DNA of 64,000 bases, taken from assembly GCA_015478725.1 (NCBI GenBank), contig JADMIG010000001.1, forward strand, positions 348,748 to 412,747, in the 5' to 3' direction. The stretch comes from Chloroflexota bacterium (lineage in GTDB: Bacteria > Chloroflexota > Limnocylindria > Limnocylindrales > CSP1-4). Within the stretch, counting starts at the first letter, position 1, and each line of letters opens with the position of its first letter. Shown here in pieces: positions 56,506-64,000 of the stretch. The position numbers were made by a program, and so were the translations under genes. The notes beneath the pieces are model-generated. The model did not search any database. It saw nothing but the letters and a program-made list of their open reading frames with translations, and was not told the DNA's origin.

Positions 56506-57188
56506 GCCGCTCGCTCTACGCAGGCCGGAACCAGCTGACGCTCGCCGCGGTCGCGGCGCTCCTCGGGTTGCTCGTCGTCGTCCAGCTCCGCGCGCAGGGC
56601 GGTGGGTCCGGTCTCGACGCCCTCACCGCTCCCGAGCTCACCGTCCTCGTCGCGAACCTCAACACGCGCAACGACCAGCTCCGGACCGAGCTTGGCTCGA
56701 CGCAGGCGGAGCTCGATGCGCTCGTCTCGGCGCAGCAGCGGGGGGTCACGTCCGTGGGACAGCTGCAGGCCGATCTCGCCCGCGTCCAGGCCTGGTCAGG
56801 ACTCCTCCCGGTGAGTGGGCCCGGGGTCCAGATCTCCGTCTCGGGACCGATCCCGGGATCGGCCGTGGACGACCTCATCGACGAGCTCCGGAACGCCGGC
56901 GCCGAGGCGATCGAGGTGGGCGCGGTCCGGGTCGTCCCAGCGAGCGTCGTCGCCGGCGACCCGGGATCGATCTCGCTCGAGAACACCATCCTGTCGAACC
57001 CCTTCACCATCTCGGCGATCGGCGACAGTGAGACGCTCACGGGCTCTCTCACCCGGGCCGGCGGCATCGTCGCCCAGCTCACGGCGACGTTCTCGGACGT
57101 CGCCCTGCTCGTGTCCCCCGTGGCGAGGATCGTCCTGCCGGCGACGACCCGCGACCTCGTCCCGAGTCACGGCAGTCCACGGCTCTGA
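56502..57188 (+). CDS. DUF881 family membrane protein (second paralog)
   Basis: Same architecture as the upstream gene (ISAIGDSETL). GTGA overlap. Confidence 0.6.
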   Translation: MSRSLYAGRNQLTLAAVAALLGLLVVVQLRAQGGGSGLDALTAPELTVLVANLNTRNDQLRTELGSTQAELDALVSAQQRGVTSVGQLQADLARVQAWSGLLPVSGPGVQISVSGPIPGSAVDDLIDELRNAGAEAIEVGAVRVVPASVVAGDPGSISLENTILSNPFTISAIGDSETLTGSLTRAGGIVAQLTATFSDVALLVSPVARIVLPATTRDLVPSHGSPRL

Positions 57189-57202
57189 TAGGCTCGCGGG
57201 CG

Positions 57203-57436
57203 ATGAGCAGCCAACCCGTGCTGACGCTGTACCTCGACGATGTCGTCCGTCTCCGCCGTCATCATCCCTGCGGGGGGTTCGACTGGACGATCGACCGCCT
57301 CGGGGCGGACATCGGACTTCGCTGCTCGACGTGCGGGCGACGCGTCCTCGTCGCCCGGTCCGCCCTCGAGCGGCGGATCGTCGACTTCGTCCGGCGGGGT
57401 GACGGCGCGCCCGGCACTCCCGGCCCGGCCGCGTGA
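57203..57436 (+). CDS. small Cys-containing protein (77 aa; HHPCGG...CSTCGRR zinc-ribbon-like), uncharacterised
   Basis: ORF tightly linked between DUF881 and the MFS gene. Confidence 0.4.
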   Translation: MSSQPVLTLYLDDVVRLRRHHPCGGFDWTIDRLGADIGLRCSTCGRRVLVARSALERRIVDFVRRGDGAPGTPGPAA

Positions 57437-58899
57437 CCGACGCTGAGACCCCGTCGAGCGATCGCATCCCGCCGGCGAGCGGCGCGCTCGCCGTCCTGCG
57501 GAACCGCTCGTTCCTCCTCCTCTGGCTCAGCCAGGCCGCCACGCAGATCGGCGGCAACATGGTGCTCTACGGGCTCACCGTCATCGTTCTCGAGTCGACC
57601 CAGTCGAACGCGGCGGTCAGCGGGCTCATCCTCACGTTCCTCGTCCCGGCGGTGCTCCTGTCCGCCGTCGCCGGCGTGTATGTCGACCGGTTCGATGCGC
57701 GACTCGTCCTGTGGGTCACGAACCTCCTCCGCGGCCTCGCCATCTTCGCCATGGTCTTCGCCAGCGGTCAGCTCGGACTCATCTACCTCCTCAATATCTT
57801 CGTCTCCACGGTGACGACGTTCTTCTCTCCGGCCGAGGCGACGATGATCCCGCGGATCGTCCCGCGTGGTCAGCTCGTCGCCGCGAACGGGATCTTCACG
57901 ATCACGCTCAACGCCGCGTTCGCTCTCGGGTTCGCCCTGTTCGGGTCGCTCGCCGTGTCGCTCGCCGGGCCGACCGGCCTGCTCGTCACCGTCGCGGCGC
58001 TGTACCTCGTGGCGAGCGCCTTCTGCTTCACCCTGCCGCGGTCTCCGGTGCGGCCCGGCGGGATGCGCCCTGGCCAGGTGGTGACGGACGCCGAGCGGGC
58101 GGTATCGTCGACGTTTGGCCAGCTTCGGGAGGGCCTCGCCTATATCCGGGCGAACCCCTCGATCGCCTGGAGCATCGTCTATCTCGGTGCGACCGCGTCG
58201 CTGGTCGGCGTCCTCGGTGTCCTCGGTCCGGGCTTCGCGACACGGACCCTCGGACTCGCGGCCAAGGATTTCGTCGTCATCGTGCTGCCACTCGGGTTCG
58301 GGGTCGTCGTCGGCATCCTCGTCCTCAACAACCTCCGCGCGCGTGTCGCTCGGCGGCGGCTCATCGAGACGGGCCTCGTCGTGCTCGGTGGGCTCATCGC
58401 AACGCTCGCCGTCGTGGGCCACCTGACGCGGTCCGTCGACGCCGCAGCGGCTGCGACCTCGCTCGGCCCGTCGAGCGTCGTGAGCGTCCTGTCCGTGGTC
58501 ATCGCGGTGGCCTTCCTCGCCGGCATCGCGTATGCCGCCGTCGCGATCTCCGCCCAGACGCAGCTGCAGGAGGAGCTGCCGGAGGATATCCGCGGACGCG
58601 TCTACGGCGTCCTGTTCAGCCTCATCTCCGTGGCGAGCTTCATCCCGGTCATCGTGGTCGGACCGATCGCCGACCTGGTGGGGACGACGACGGTGCTGCT
58701 CGGCGTCGCGGCGAGCGTCGGGGCGGTGGGGCTCGTCTCGATCGTAACCCGGCGGGCGCCCCGCGAGGCGGCCCACCTCGGTCCGCCGGCGCCGGCCGAG
58801 CCACTCGTCCTCACGCCGCACTCGCCGGTGCCCCACGGCGAACCGGCCCGACGAGATGGCGGCGCGCGCGGCCGGCCCGATGCCCGGCGCGGTGGCTGA
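57433..58899 (+). CDS. MFS transporter
   Basis: 12-TM architecture with an MFS-like N-terminal motif (FLLLWLSQAATQIGGNM). Confidence 0.75.
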   Translation: MTDAETPSSDRIPPASGALAVLRNRSFLLLWLSQAATQIGGNMVLYGLTVIVLESTQSNAAVSGLILTFLVPAVLLSAVAGVYVDRFDARLVLWVTNLLRGLAIFAMVFASGQLGLIYLLNIFVSTVTTFFSPAEATMIPRIVPRGQLVAANGIFTITLNAAFALGFALFGSLAVSLAGPTGLLVTVAALYLVASAFCFTLPRSPVRPGGMRPGQVVTDAERAVSSTFGQLREGLAYIRANPSIAWSIVYLGATASLVGVLGVLGPGFATRTLGLAAKDFVVIVLPLGFGVVVGILVLNNLRARVARRRLIETGLVVLGGLIATLAVVGHLTRSVDAAAAATSLGPSSVVSVLSVVIAVAFLAGIAYAAVAISAQTQLQEELPEDIRGRVYGVLFSLISVASFIPVIVVGPIADLVGTTTVLLGVAASVGAVGLVSIVTRRAPREAAHLGPPAPAEPLVLTPHSPVPHGEPARRDGGARGRPDARRGG

Positions 58900-60307
58900 G
58901 CGCGGGGCGGTGGCCCCGGTGACGACGCCGCTGCGGTGGCGACTCGCCTGCGTCGCCATCCTCGTCGGCGGGCTCGGCGCCGGGCGCGGGCTCGCACGTC
59001 GGACGGGACCGCGGGCGGCCACCCTCGGGGCGATCGCAGCCACGACGGCGGTGGTGGCGCTGGTCGCGGCTGGATCGCGGAAGCGGGCGGGATCGCCACA
59101 CGCGACGGACCCGCGGCCGATCGCCCTGCCGCCGCTCACCGTCGTCGTGGCGGCGCGCGACGAGGCCGCCGTCATCGGCGGACTCCTCGGCGACCTCGCC
59201 GCGCAGGACCACCGCGATCGCGACGGACGGCCACGATTCGAGGTGATCGTCATCGACGATCGATCCACCGATGGAACCCCACGGGTCGCCCACGCGGCGG
59301 CGGCCCGCCATGGCCTGTCCGCAAGCGTCGCGGTGGTCGAGCGTGTCGGCAGCGGTCTCGTCGACGGGAAGGGAGCCGCCCTCGCGAGCGTCCCGCTCTC
59401 GGCGTGTCGCGGCGAGGCGATCGTGGTCCTCGACGCGGATGCGCGGATCCACGAACGGTATCTCTCGATCGTCGCGGGGCTCATCGCGGCCGGCGAACCG
59501 GTGTTGACAACCCGGCGCCGGATGCTCGTCCCGAACGGCAGTCGGCTCGCCCAGGTGCAGGCGGACGAGCAGACCGTCGACGGCACGATCCAGGCCGCGC
59601 GATCCGCCATCGGCGGCTGCCCGGAGCTGCGGGGCGACGGCATGGTGATCCGAACGGATCTCCTCGCGCGGGTCGGCGGCTGGTCGGCAAGCGCGTTGAC
59701 CGAGGATCTCGAGCTGTCCACGCGGCTTGCCGTGGCGGCTGGAATCCGCGTCGGCTGGACGGCCGCGGCCGAGGTGTGGGAGGAACCGGTGCTCGCCTGG
59801 CGCGATCTCTGGCGCCAGCGGGTCCGCTGGGCCGAGGGCTCCATCCGGCGGACGCTCGAGCACGGCCCGGGGGTGGTCCATGCGTCTCACCTGCCGCTCC
59901 GGCTGAAGCTCGATCTCGTCGCCGGCGCCGCGCAGCTCGCCGGGCCGCCCGTCGTCCTCGGGGCGATCGTCGGCGGGCTCCGTTGGCACCGTCCGTGGGC
60001 GGCGGGGGCCATGCTCGGAGCGTGTCTCGGCTCTGCCGCCCTGCTCACGTGGGACGCCCTCCGCCTCGATGGCTCGGGCCCGGCGCCCGGTCCAGCATCC
60101 ATCGCGAGCCCCACTCGCCCGGTCGGCGCGGATCGGCTCCTGCGGGCAGGCGCGACGGCGCTGTTCGGCGCCCTGTGGCTCGCCGCCGTTCCGGCTGCGC
60201 TCGTCCGGCTCGCCGTCCGGCGAGGCCCTGTCCGCTACGACAAGACGCGACACGGTCTCATCGAGGTGGCCCTGGTCACGGGCGTTCGCGATGGACGCGC
60301 CGCGTGA
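58856..60307 (+). CDS. glycosyltransferase family 2 with N- and C-terminal TM segments
   Basis: LTVVVAARDEAAVIG...VIVIDDRSTDGT and a DAD motif (VVLDADARI). An alternative start lies at 58880. Confidence 0.7.
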   Translation: MAARAAGPMPGAVAERGAVAPVTTPLRWRLACVAILVGGLGAGRGLARRTGPRAATLGAIAATTAVVALVAAGSRKRAGSPHATDPRPIALPPLTVVVAARDEAAVIGGLLGDLAAQDHRDRDGRPRFEVIVIDDRSTDGTPRVAHAAAARHGLSASVAVVERVGSGLVDGKGAALASVPLSACRGEAIVVLDADARIHERYLSIVAGLIAAGEPVLTTRRRMLVPNGSRLAQVQADEQTVDGTIQAARSAIGGCPELRGDGMVIRTDLLARVGGWSASALTEDLELSTRLAVAAGIRVGWTAAAEVWEEPVLAWRDLWRQRVRWAEGSIRRTLEHGPGVVHASHLPLRLKLDLVAGAAQLAGPPVVLGAIVGGLRWHRPWAAGAMLGACLGSAALLTWDALRLDGSGPAPGPASIASPTRPVGADRLLRAGATALFGALWLAAVPAALVRLAVRRGPVRYDKTRHGLIEVALVTGVRDGRAA

Positions 60308-60320
60308 GCGAGCTCGTTCT

Positions 60321-61310
60321 GTGAGCCATGTCGCCGTGCTTTTCACCGGCGGGACGATCGCGATGGCGGTCGATCCGGTCGCCGGCGGCAACGTGCCGAG
60401 TCTTGACGGCACGGCGATCCTCGCCCGGACCCCCGGGCTCGAGGCGATCGCCGAGGTCGAGGCCGTCGACCTCGGGTCGACGCCGGCGAGCCATCTCACC
60501 CTGCCGCGCCTGCTCGAGATCGGACGGGCGATCCGCGCGGCGGCGGACGATCCTGCGGTGGACGGCGTCGTGGTCGTGCAGGGGACGGACACGATCGAGG
60601 AGACGTCGCTCTGCTGGGACCTCCTCCACCGCGCTCCGACACCGGTCATCGTGACGGGCGCCATGCGCTCGTCGAGCCAAGCCGGCTATGACGGACCCGC
60701 GAACCTCATCGACGCCGTCCGCTGTGCCACCGCACCGGCATTGCGCGGCGAGGGTGTCGTGGTGACCCTGGCCGGGTCGATCCACGCCGCCGACGATGTC
60801 GTGAAGACGCACACCTGGTCGCTCACGGCCTTCCAGAGCCCGAACCTGGGGCCGCTCGGCTGGGTCGAGGCGGGCGCGGTCATCGTCCGCCGGCGGCGTG
60901 CGGGGCGTCGCTCCGTGGATGCGGCGGTCGCCGTCGAACCGGTCCACCTCATCACCGCGACCGTCGGGATGGACGGCTCCCTCCTCGACGCTGCCGTCGT
61001 CGCGGGAGCGCGGGGCATCGTCGTCGCGGCGACCGGGGCCGGGAACACGAGCCCGGAGCTGCTCGCCGCGGGTCGGCGGGCCATCGACGCCGGGATCCCG
61101 GTCGTTCTCGTGTCGAGGGTGCCGGCCGGCCGGGCCGGGACCGGGTACGCCTTCCCGGGAGGTGGTGCGACGTGGCTCCGGGCGGGTGCGTTCCTCGCCG
61201 GCTCGCTCAGCGGTCCCAAGGCGCGCATCGTCCTTGCCCTCGGCCTGGGTGCCGCCCTCGATCGGAGCGGGCTCGCCGATCTCCTCGCGGATCCGGTGGC
61301 CGTGGGGTGA
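60321..61310 (+). CDS. ansA: L-asparaginase (type I-like)
   Basis: VLFTGGTIAM with threonine catalytic motifs. GTG start chosen to match the asparaginase N-terminus. Confidence 0.75.
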   Translation: MSHVAVLFTGGTIAMAVDPVAGGNVPSLDGTAILARTPGLEAIAEVEAVDLGSTPASHLTLPRLLEIGRAIRAAADDPAVDGVVVVQGTDTIEETSLCWDLLHRAPTPVIVTGAMRSSSQAGYDGPANLIDAVRCATAPALRGEGVVVTLAGSIHAADDVVKTHTWSLTAFQSPNLGPLGWVEAGAVIVRRRRAGRRSVDAAVAVEPVHLITATVGMDGSLLDAAVVAGARGIVVAATGAGNTSPELLAAGRRAIDAGIPVVLVSRVPAGRAGTGYAFPGGGATWLRAGAFLAGSLSGPKARIVLALGLGAALDRSGLADLLADPVAVG

Positions 61311-62950
61311 TCGCCGATCTCGTCGTCCGTGGCTCGATCGCCACGCTGCCACGCAGCGGCGGTCCCGAGACCGGTCTCGGCCTCGTGAACGGCATCGCGA
61401 TCGCCGCCGGCCGGGTGATCGCCGCGGGTCCGTGGGCGACCATCGCCGATCTCGCGGGTCCGGGGACGCGACACCTTCGCCTCGCGCCCGACGAGGTCGC
61501 GATCCCCGGGCTCACGGATGCCCATCTCCACCTCGCGGATGCCGCACTGGCGACCGTCCGCCTCGACCTTGCCGCCGCGACGACCGTGGGCGACGGCCTC
61601 GAGCGTGTCGGCGCCGCCCACCGCGCGCTCGACGATCCAGCGGCGTGGCTGCGGGGCGGTGGGTGGGATATCCGGGCCTGGGGGCGGTGGCCGACGGCGG
61701 ACGAGCTCGGCCGTGTCGCACCGGGCCGTCCCGTGCTCCTCTGGTCGCACGACCTGCACGCGGTGTGGGTGAGCCCCGCCGCGCTCGCCATCGCCGGCCT
61801 GGACGCGACGACGCCCGATCCGCCTGGGGGTAGGCTTCGACGGCTCGCTGACGGATCGCCCGAGGGTGTCCTCCACGAGGACGCGACGGGCCTCGTCACG
61901 CGGCTCGCGCCACGAGAGACGGGCGACCGACTTGCCGCGCTCATCGCGCGGATGGCGCATCGCCTGCTCGCCCTCGGTCTCGTCGCGATCCACGACCCGA
62001 GCGAGCTCGAGATGGACCGCACCCTCAGCGAGGGGTTCGCCGCGATCGAGCGGCTCGCGACGCTGGGCACCCTCCCGATCCGCGTCCACGCCGGCCTCCG
62101 CTCGGGCGCGCTCGACGTCGCGATCGCGCGAGGGCTCCGGAGCGGCGCGCCCCTCGGGTCGGCGAGCGGGCGGGCGCGGGTCGGCTGGCTCAAGCTCTTC
62201 GCGGACGGGACGCTCGGCTCGCGGACCGCCGCGCTCCTCGCACCGTACGCGGCGGAGCCGGATCGGGGTGCCCCGCCGGGTGGCCCGGCGGGACTGCTCG
62301 TGACCGATCCTGCCGAACTCCGCGATCTCACCGCACGGGCGGCGGCGGCCGGGATCGCGACCCAGATCCATGCGATCGGGGATCGAGCGGTGCGGGCGGC
62401 GCTCGACGCTCTCGAGCCGATCTCCGACCGGCTGCCCCTCCGGCCGCGGATCGAGCACGTCCAGCTCGTCGACCCGGCGGACCTGCCGCGATTCGCCCGG
62501 TCCGGCATCGTGGCCTCCGTCCAGCCGGGTGATCTCCGTGACGACGCCGCCGGCGCTCGGCGCTCGTGGGGGACTCGTCCGTCCTTGGCCTATCCGTGGG
62601 GGCGCCTCGTCGCGTCCGGGGCGACCATCGCCTTCGGCACGGACGCTCCGACGGCGGACGCGTCGCCATGGCCCGGTCTCGCGGCAGCCGTGACCCGTCG
62701 CGACCCGTCATGGGATGCTGCGGTGCCGACGTTCGGGCCAGACGAACGCCTCACGATCGTCGATGCCCTCCGGGCGGCGTGTTCCGGCGCGGCGCTTGCG
62801 GCCGGAGAGGCGGATCGGGGGACGCTCGGCCCGGGTGCCCGGGCGGACCTCATGGTCATCCCGCGGCAGGCACTCGAGGACGCGGAGGCGCTCCGCGAGG
62901 TCCGACCTCGGCTCGTCCTCCTCGATGGGGTGGTCGCCCACGAACGATGA
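61307..62950 (+). CDS. amidohydrolase family (amidohydrolase_3-like metal-dependent hydrolase)
   Basis: GLTDAHLHL metal-binding motif and downstream HxH/Asp ligands. GTGA overlap with the asparaginase gene. Confidence 0.7.
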   Translation: MIADLVVRGSIATLPRSGGPETGLGLVNGIAIAAGRVIAAGPWATIADLAGPGTRHLRLAPDEVAIPGLTDAHLHLADAALATVRLDLAAATTVGDGLERVGAAHRALDDPAAWLRGGGWDIRAWGRWPTADELGRVAPGRPVLLWSHDLHAVWVSPAALAIAGLDATTPDPPGGRLRRLADGSPEGVLHEDATGLVTRLAPRETGDRLAALIARMAHRLLALGLVAIHDPSELEMDRTLSEGFAAIERLATLGTLPIRVHAGLRSGALDVAIARGLRSGAPLGSASGRARVGWLKLFADGTLGSRTAALLAPYAAEPDRGAPPGGPAGLLVTDPAELRDLTARAAAAGIATQIHAIGDRAVRAALDALEPISDRLPLRPRIEHVQLVDPADLPRFARSGIVASVQPGDLRDDAAGARRSWGTRPSLAYPWGRLVASGATIAFGTDAPTADASPWPGLAAAVTRRDPSWDAAVPTFGPDERLTIVDALRAACSGAALAAGEADRGTLGPGARADLMVIPRQALEDAEALREVRPRLVLLDGVVAHER

Positions 62951-63010
62951 CCGCGGCGGGGTCGAGGCGCTCAGCGAGCCGACGCCCGACGGGTCGCCCG
63001 GCGCCGCTCC

Positions 63011-64000
63011 TCAGCCGGCCGTCGCGAGGGCTCGCGCCGCGTCGTTGAAGAGGCCGTTGAAGATCCTCGAGGTCGACGGGAAGGCGTGGATCGTGTCGGC
63101 GAGGATCTCGAGCGGCACGCGGGCGCGGATCGCGAGGACCGCTTCGTGGATGGCCGCCGATGCATCGGGGCATGCGATCGCGGCACCGACGAGCTCGCGG
63201 GTGGCGCGGTCCACGACGATCGTCACGTGGCCCGTCTCCGCCTCGATCGAGTAGCCCTTCGCGGTGGACGGGTAGTCGACGGTGAACTCGAGCGCCTCGA
63301 GCCCGCGCCCAAGCGCCTCGTCGAGCGTGAGGCCGACCGAGGCGGCCTCCGGATCCGTGTACGTCGCGCGCGGCAGGGCGCGGTAGTCGGGTGCGACCGG
63401 TTCGCCGAGGGCCATCCGGATCGCCAGCTCGCCCTGGTAGTGCCCCTGATGCGTGTGGAGCTCCGGACCCGCCGCATCACCGACCAACCACAACCCGTCG
63501 GCGATGCGGAGGCGGCCGTCGGATGGCACGCTGGTCCGCCGGCTCACGTCGAACCCGTACGCCTCGAGTCCAAGCCCAGCCAGGGGGATCGTCCGGCCGA
63601 CGGCAAGGAGGACGGCGGCTCCCTCGGCGGTCGTCCCATCGTCGAGGTCGATGACGTGGGCGCCAGCGCTGCCTGCCCCGGCGTGCGCCGCGACGGCGCG
63701 GACCCCCGTCCGGATCGTGACCCCGTCGCGTTCCAGCCCGAAGCGGACCGCCACCGCGTTGCGCGGATCGTCGTGCGGAAGGATCCGTGCCCCGGACTGG
63801 ACGATCGTGGTCGGCACGCCGAACCGGGCATAGACCTGAGCGAGCTCGCAACCGGTGGGACCGCCGCCGAGGACGAGCAGACTTCCCGGAAGCTCCCGGG
63901 CGAGCGTCGCCTCCCGGTTCGTCCAGGTCGGGACCTCGTCGATGCCCGGGATCTGCGGGATCGCCGTGGTCGAGCCGACGGCGACGACGATGTGGCGCGC
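63011..64000 (-). CDS. pyridine nucleotide-disulfide oxidoreductase (dihydrolipoamide dehydrogenase/mercuric-reductase-like), C-terminal portion; N-terminus beyond window
   Basis: NAD-binding GGGPTGCE and C-terminal dimerisation-domain motifs (HAFPSTSEI-like). The reading frame continues past 64000. Confidence 0.75.
   Translation of the reverse strand, partial: ARHIVVAVGSTTAIPQIPGIDEVPTWTNREATLARELPGSLLVLGGGPTGCELAQVYARFGVPTTIVQSGARILPHDDPRNAVAVRFGLERDGVTIRTGVRAVAAHAGAGSAGAHVIDLDDGTTAEGAAVLLAVGRTIPLAGLGLEAYGFDVSRRTSVPSDGRLRIADGLWLVGDAAGPELHTHQGHYQGELAIRMALGEPVAPDYRALPRATYTDPEAASVGLTLDEALGRGLEALEFTVDYPSTAKGYSIEAETGHVTIVVDRATRELVGAAIACPDASAAIHEAVLAIRARVPLEILADTIHAFPSTSRIFNGLFNDAARALATAG

Noticed and set aside
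1-64000. Looked for CRISPR arrays, rRNA genes, IS/transposase or integrase genes, and toxin-antitoxin pairs
   Set aside because: No spaced direct-repeat arrays, no rRNA-like conserved stretches, and no ORF with recombinase/transposase (DDE, tyrosine or serine) motifs apart from the housekeeping xerD. Nothing resembling known TA families was recognised.

Overview
This 64 kb window is a high-GC (about 70%+) bacterial chromosome segment, probably from an Actinomycetota-like organism. The evidence for that guess is a mycobacterial-type EtfD, DUF881 pairs, a CcdA/ResA-like redoxin module, Tat, and many 4-nt overlapping (translationally coupled) gene junctions. It is densely coding, and most antisense ORFs in the six-frame track are GC-frame artefacts. 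The core content is housekeeping. It starts with a 3'-truncated alaS, a FtsA-family ATPase with a bitopic membrane partner, ruvX, mltG, efp, xseA, xseB, dxs, tlyA, nadK, recN and xerD. Next come a bPH_2/SHOCT protein, an M50 protease, an HD protein, scpA, scpB, a pseudouridine synthase, cmk, plsC, ispH and der. After the tRNA islet come tatA, an amino-acid decarboxylase, a DUF4332/DUF1461/CBS-S2P trio, moeA-moaC-mogA and a membrane Fe-S oxidoreductase (EtfD-like) with acyl-CoA dehydrogenase and etfBA. The last stretch holds nrdR-dcd, an MBL hydrolase, a redoxin/ccdA/glutaredoxin module, a Rieske protein, glycan enzymes, a peptide substrate-binding protein, a metallopeptidase, DUF881 x2, an MFS transporter, a GT2, an asparaginase, an amidohydrolase and a flavoprotein oxidoreductase truncated at the 3' edge. 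Two tRNAs are present: tRNA-Pro(GGG) at 24461-24537 and tRNA-Arg(CCT) at 47475-47550. The most notable structure is a roughly 4.1 kb lower-GC islet directly 3' of tRNA-Pro. It is closed by a 46-nt imperfect direct repeat of the tRNA 3' half, which looks like an attL/attR-type pseudo-tRNA fragment. It carries a proline dehydrogenase and a compact cassette of three uncharacterised genes (a Zn-ribbon protein, a lipoprotein and a membrane protein), but no recognisable recombinase. Other points worth a second look are the FtsA-like/membrane-protein pair inserted between alaS and ruvX, an unannotated 45-codon membrane ORF coupled between xseA and xseB, tandem NrdR-box-like palindromes upstream of nrdR, several short tandem repeats in intergenic regions, and a glycan-enzyme cluster next to tRNA-Arg. 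No CRISPR array, rRNA or clear transposase/integrase gene was seen. Domain-family names (DUF numbers etc.) are from motif recognition by eye and should be treated as tentative. Start codons were placed from ORF-track frames plus homolog N-termini.
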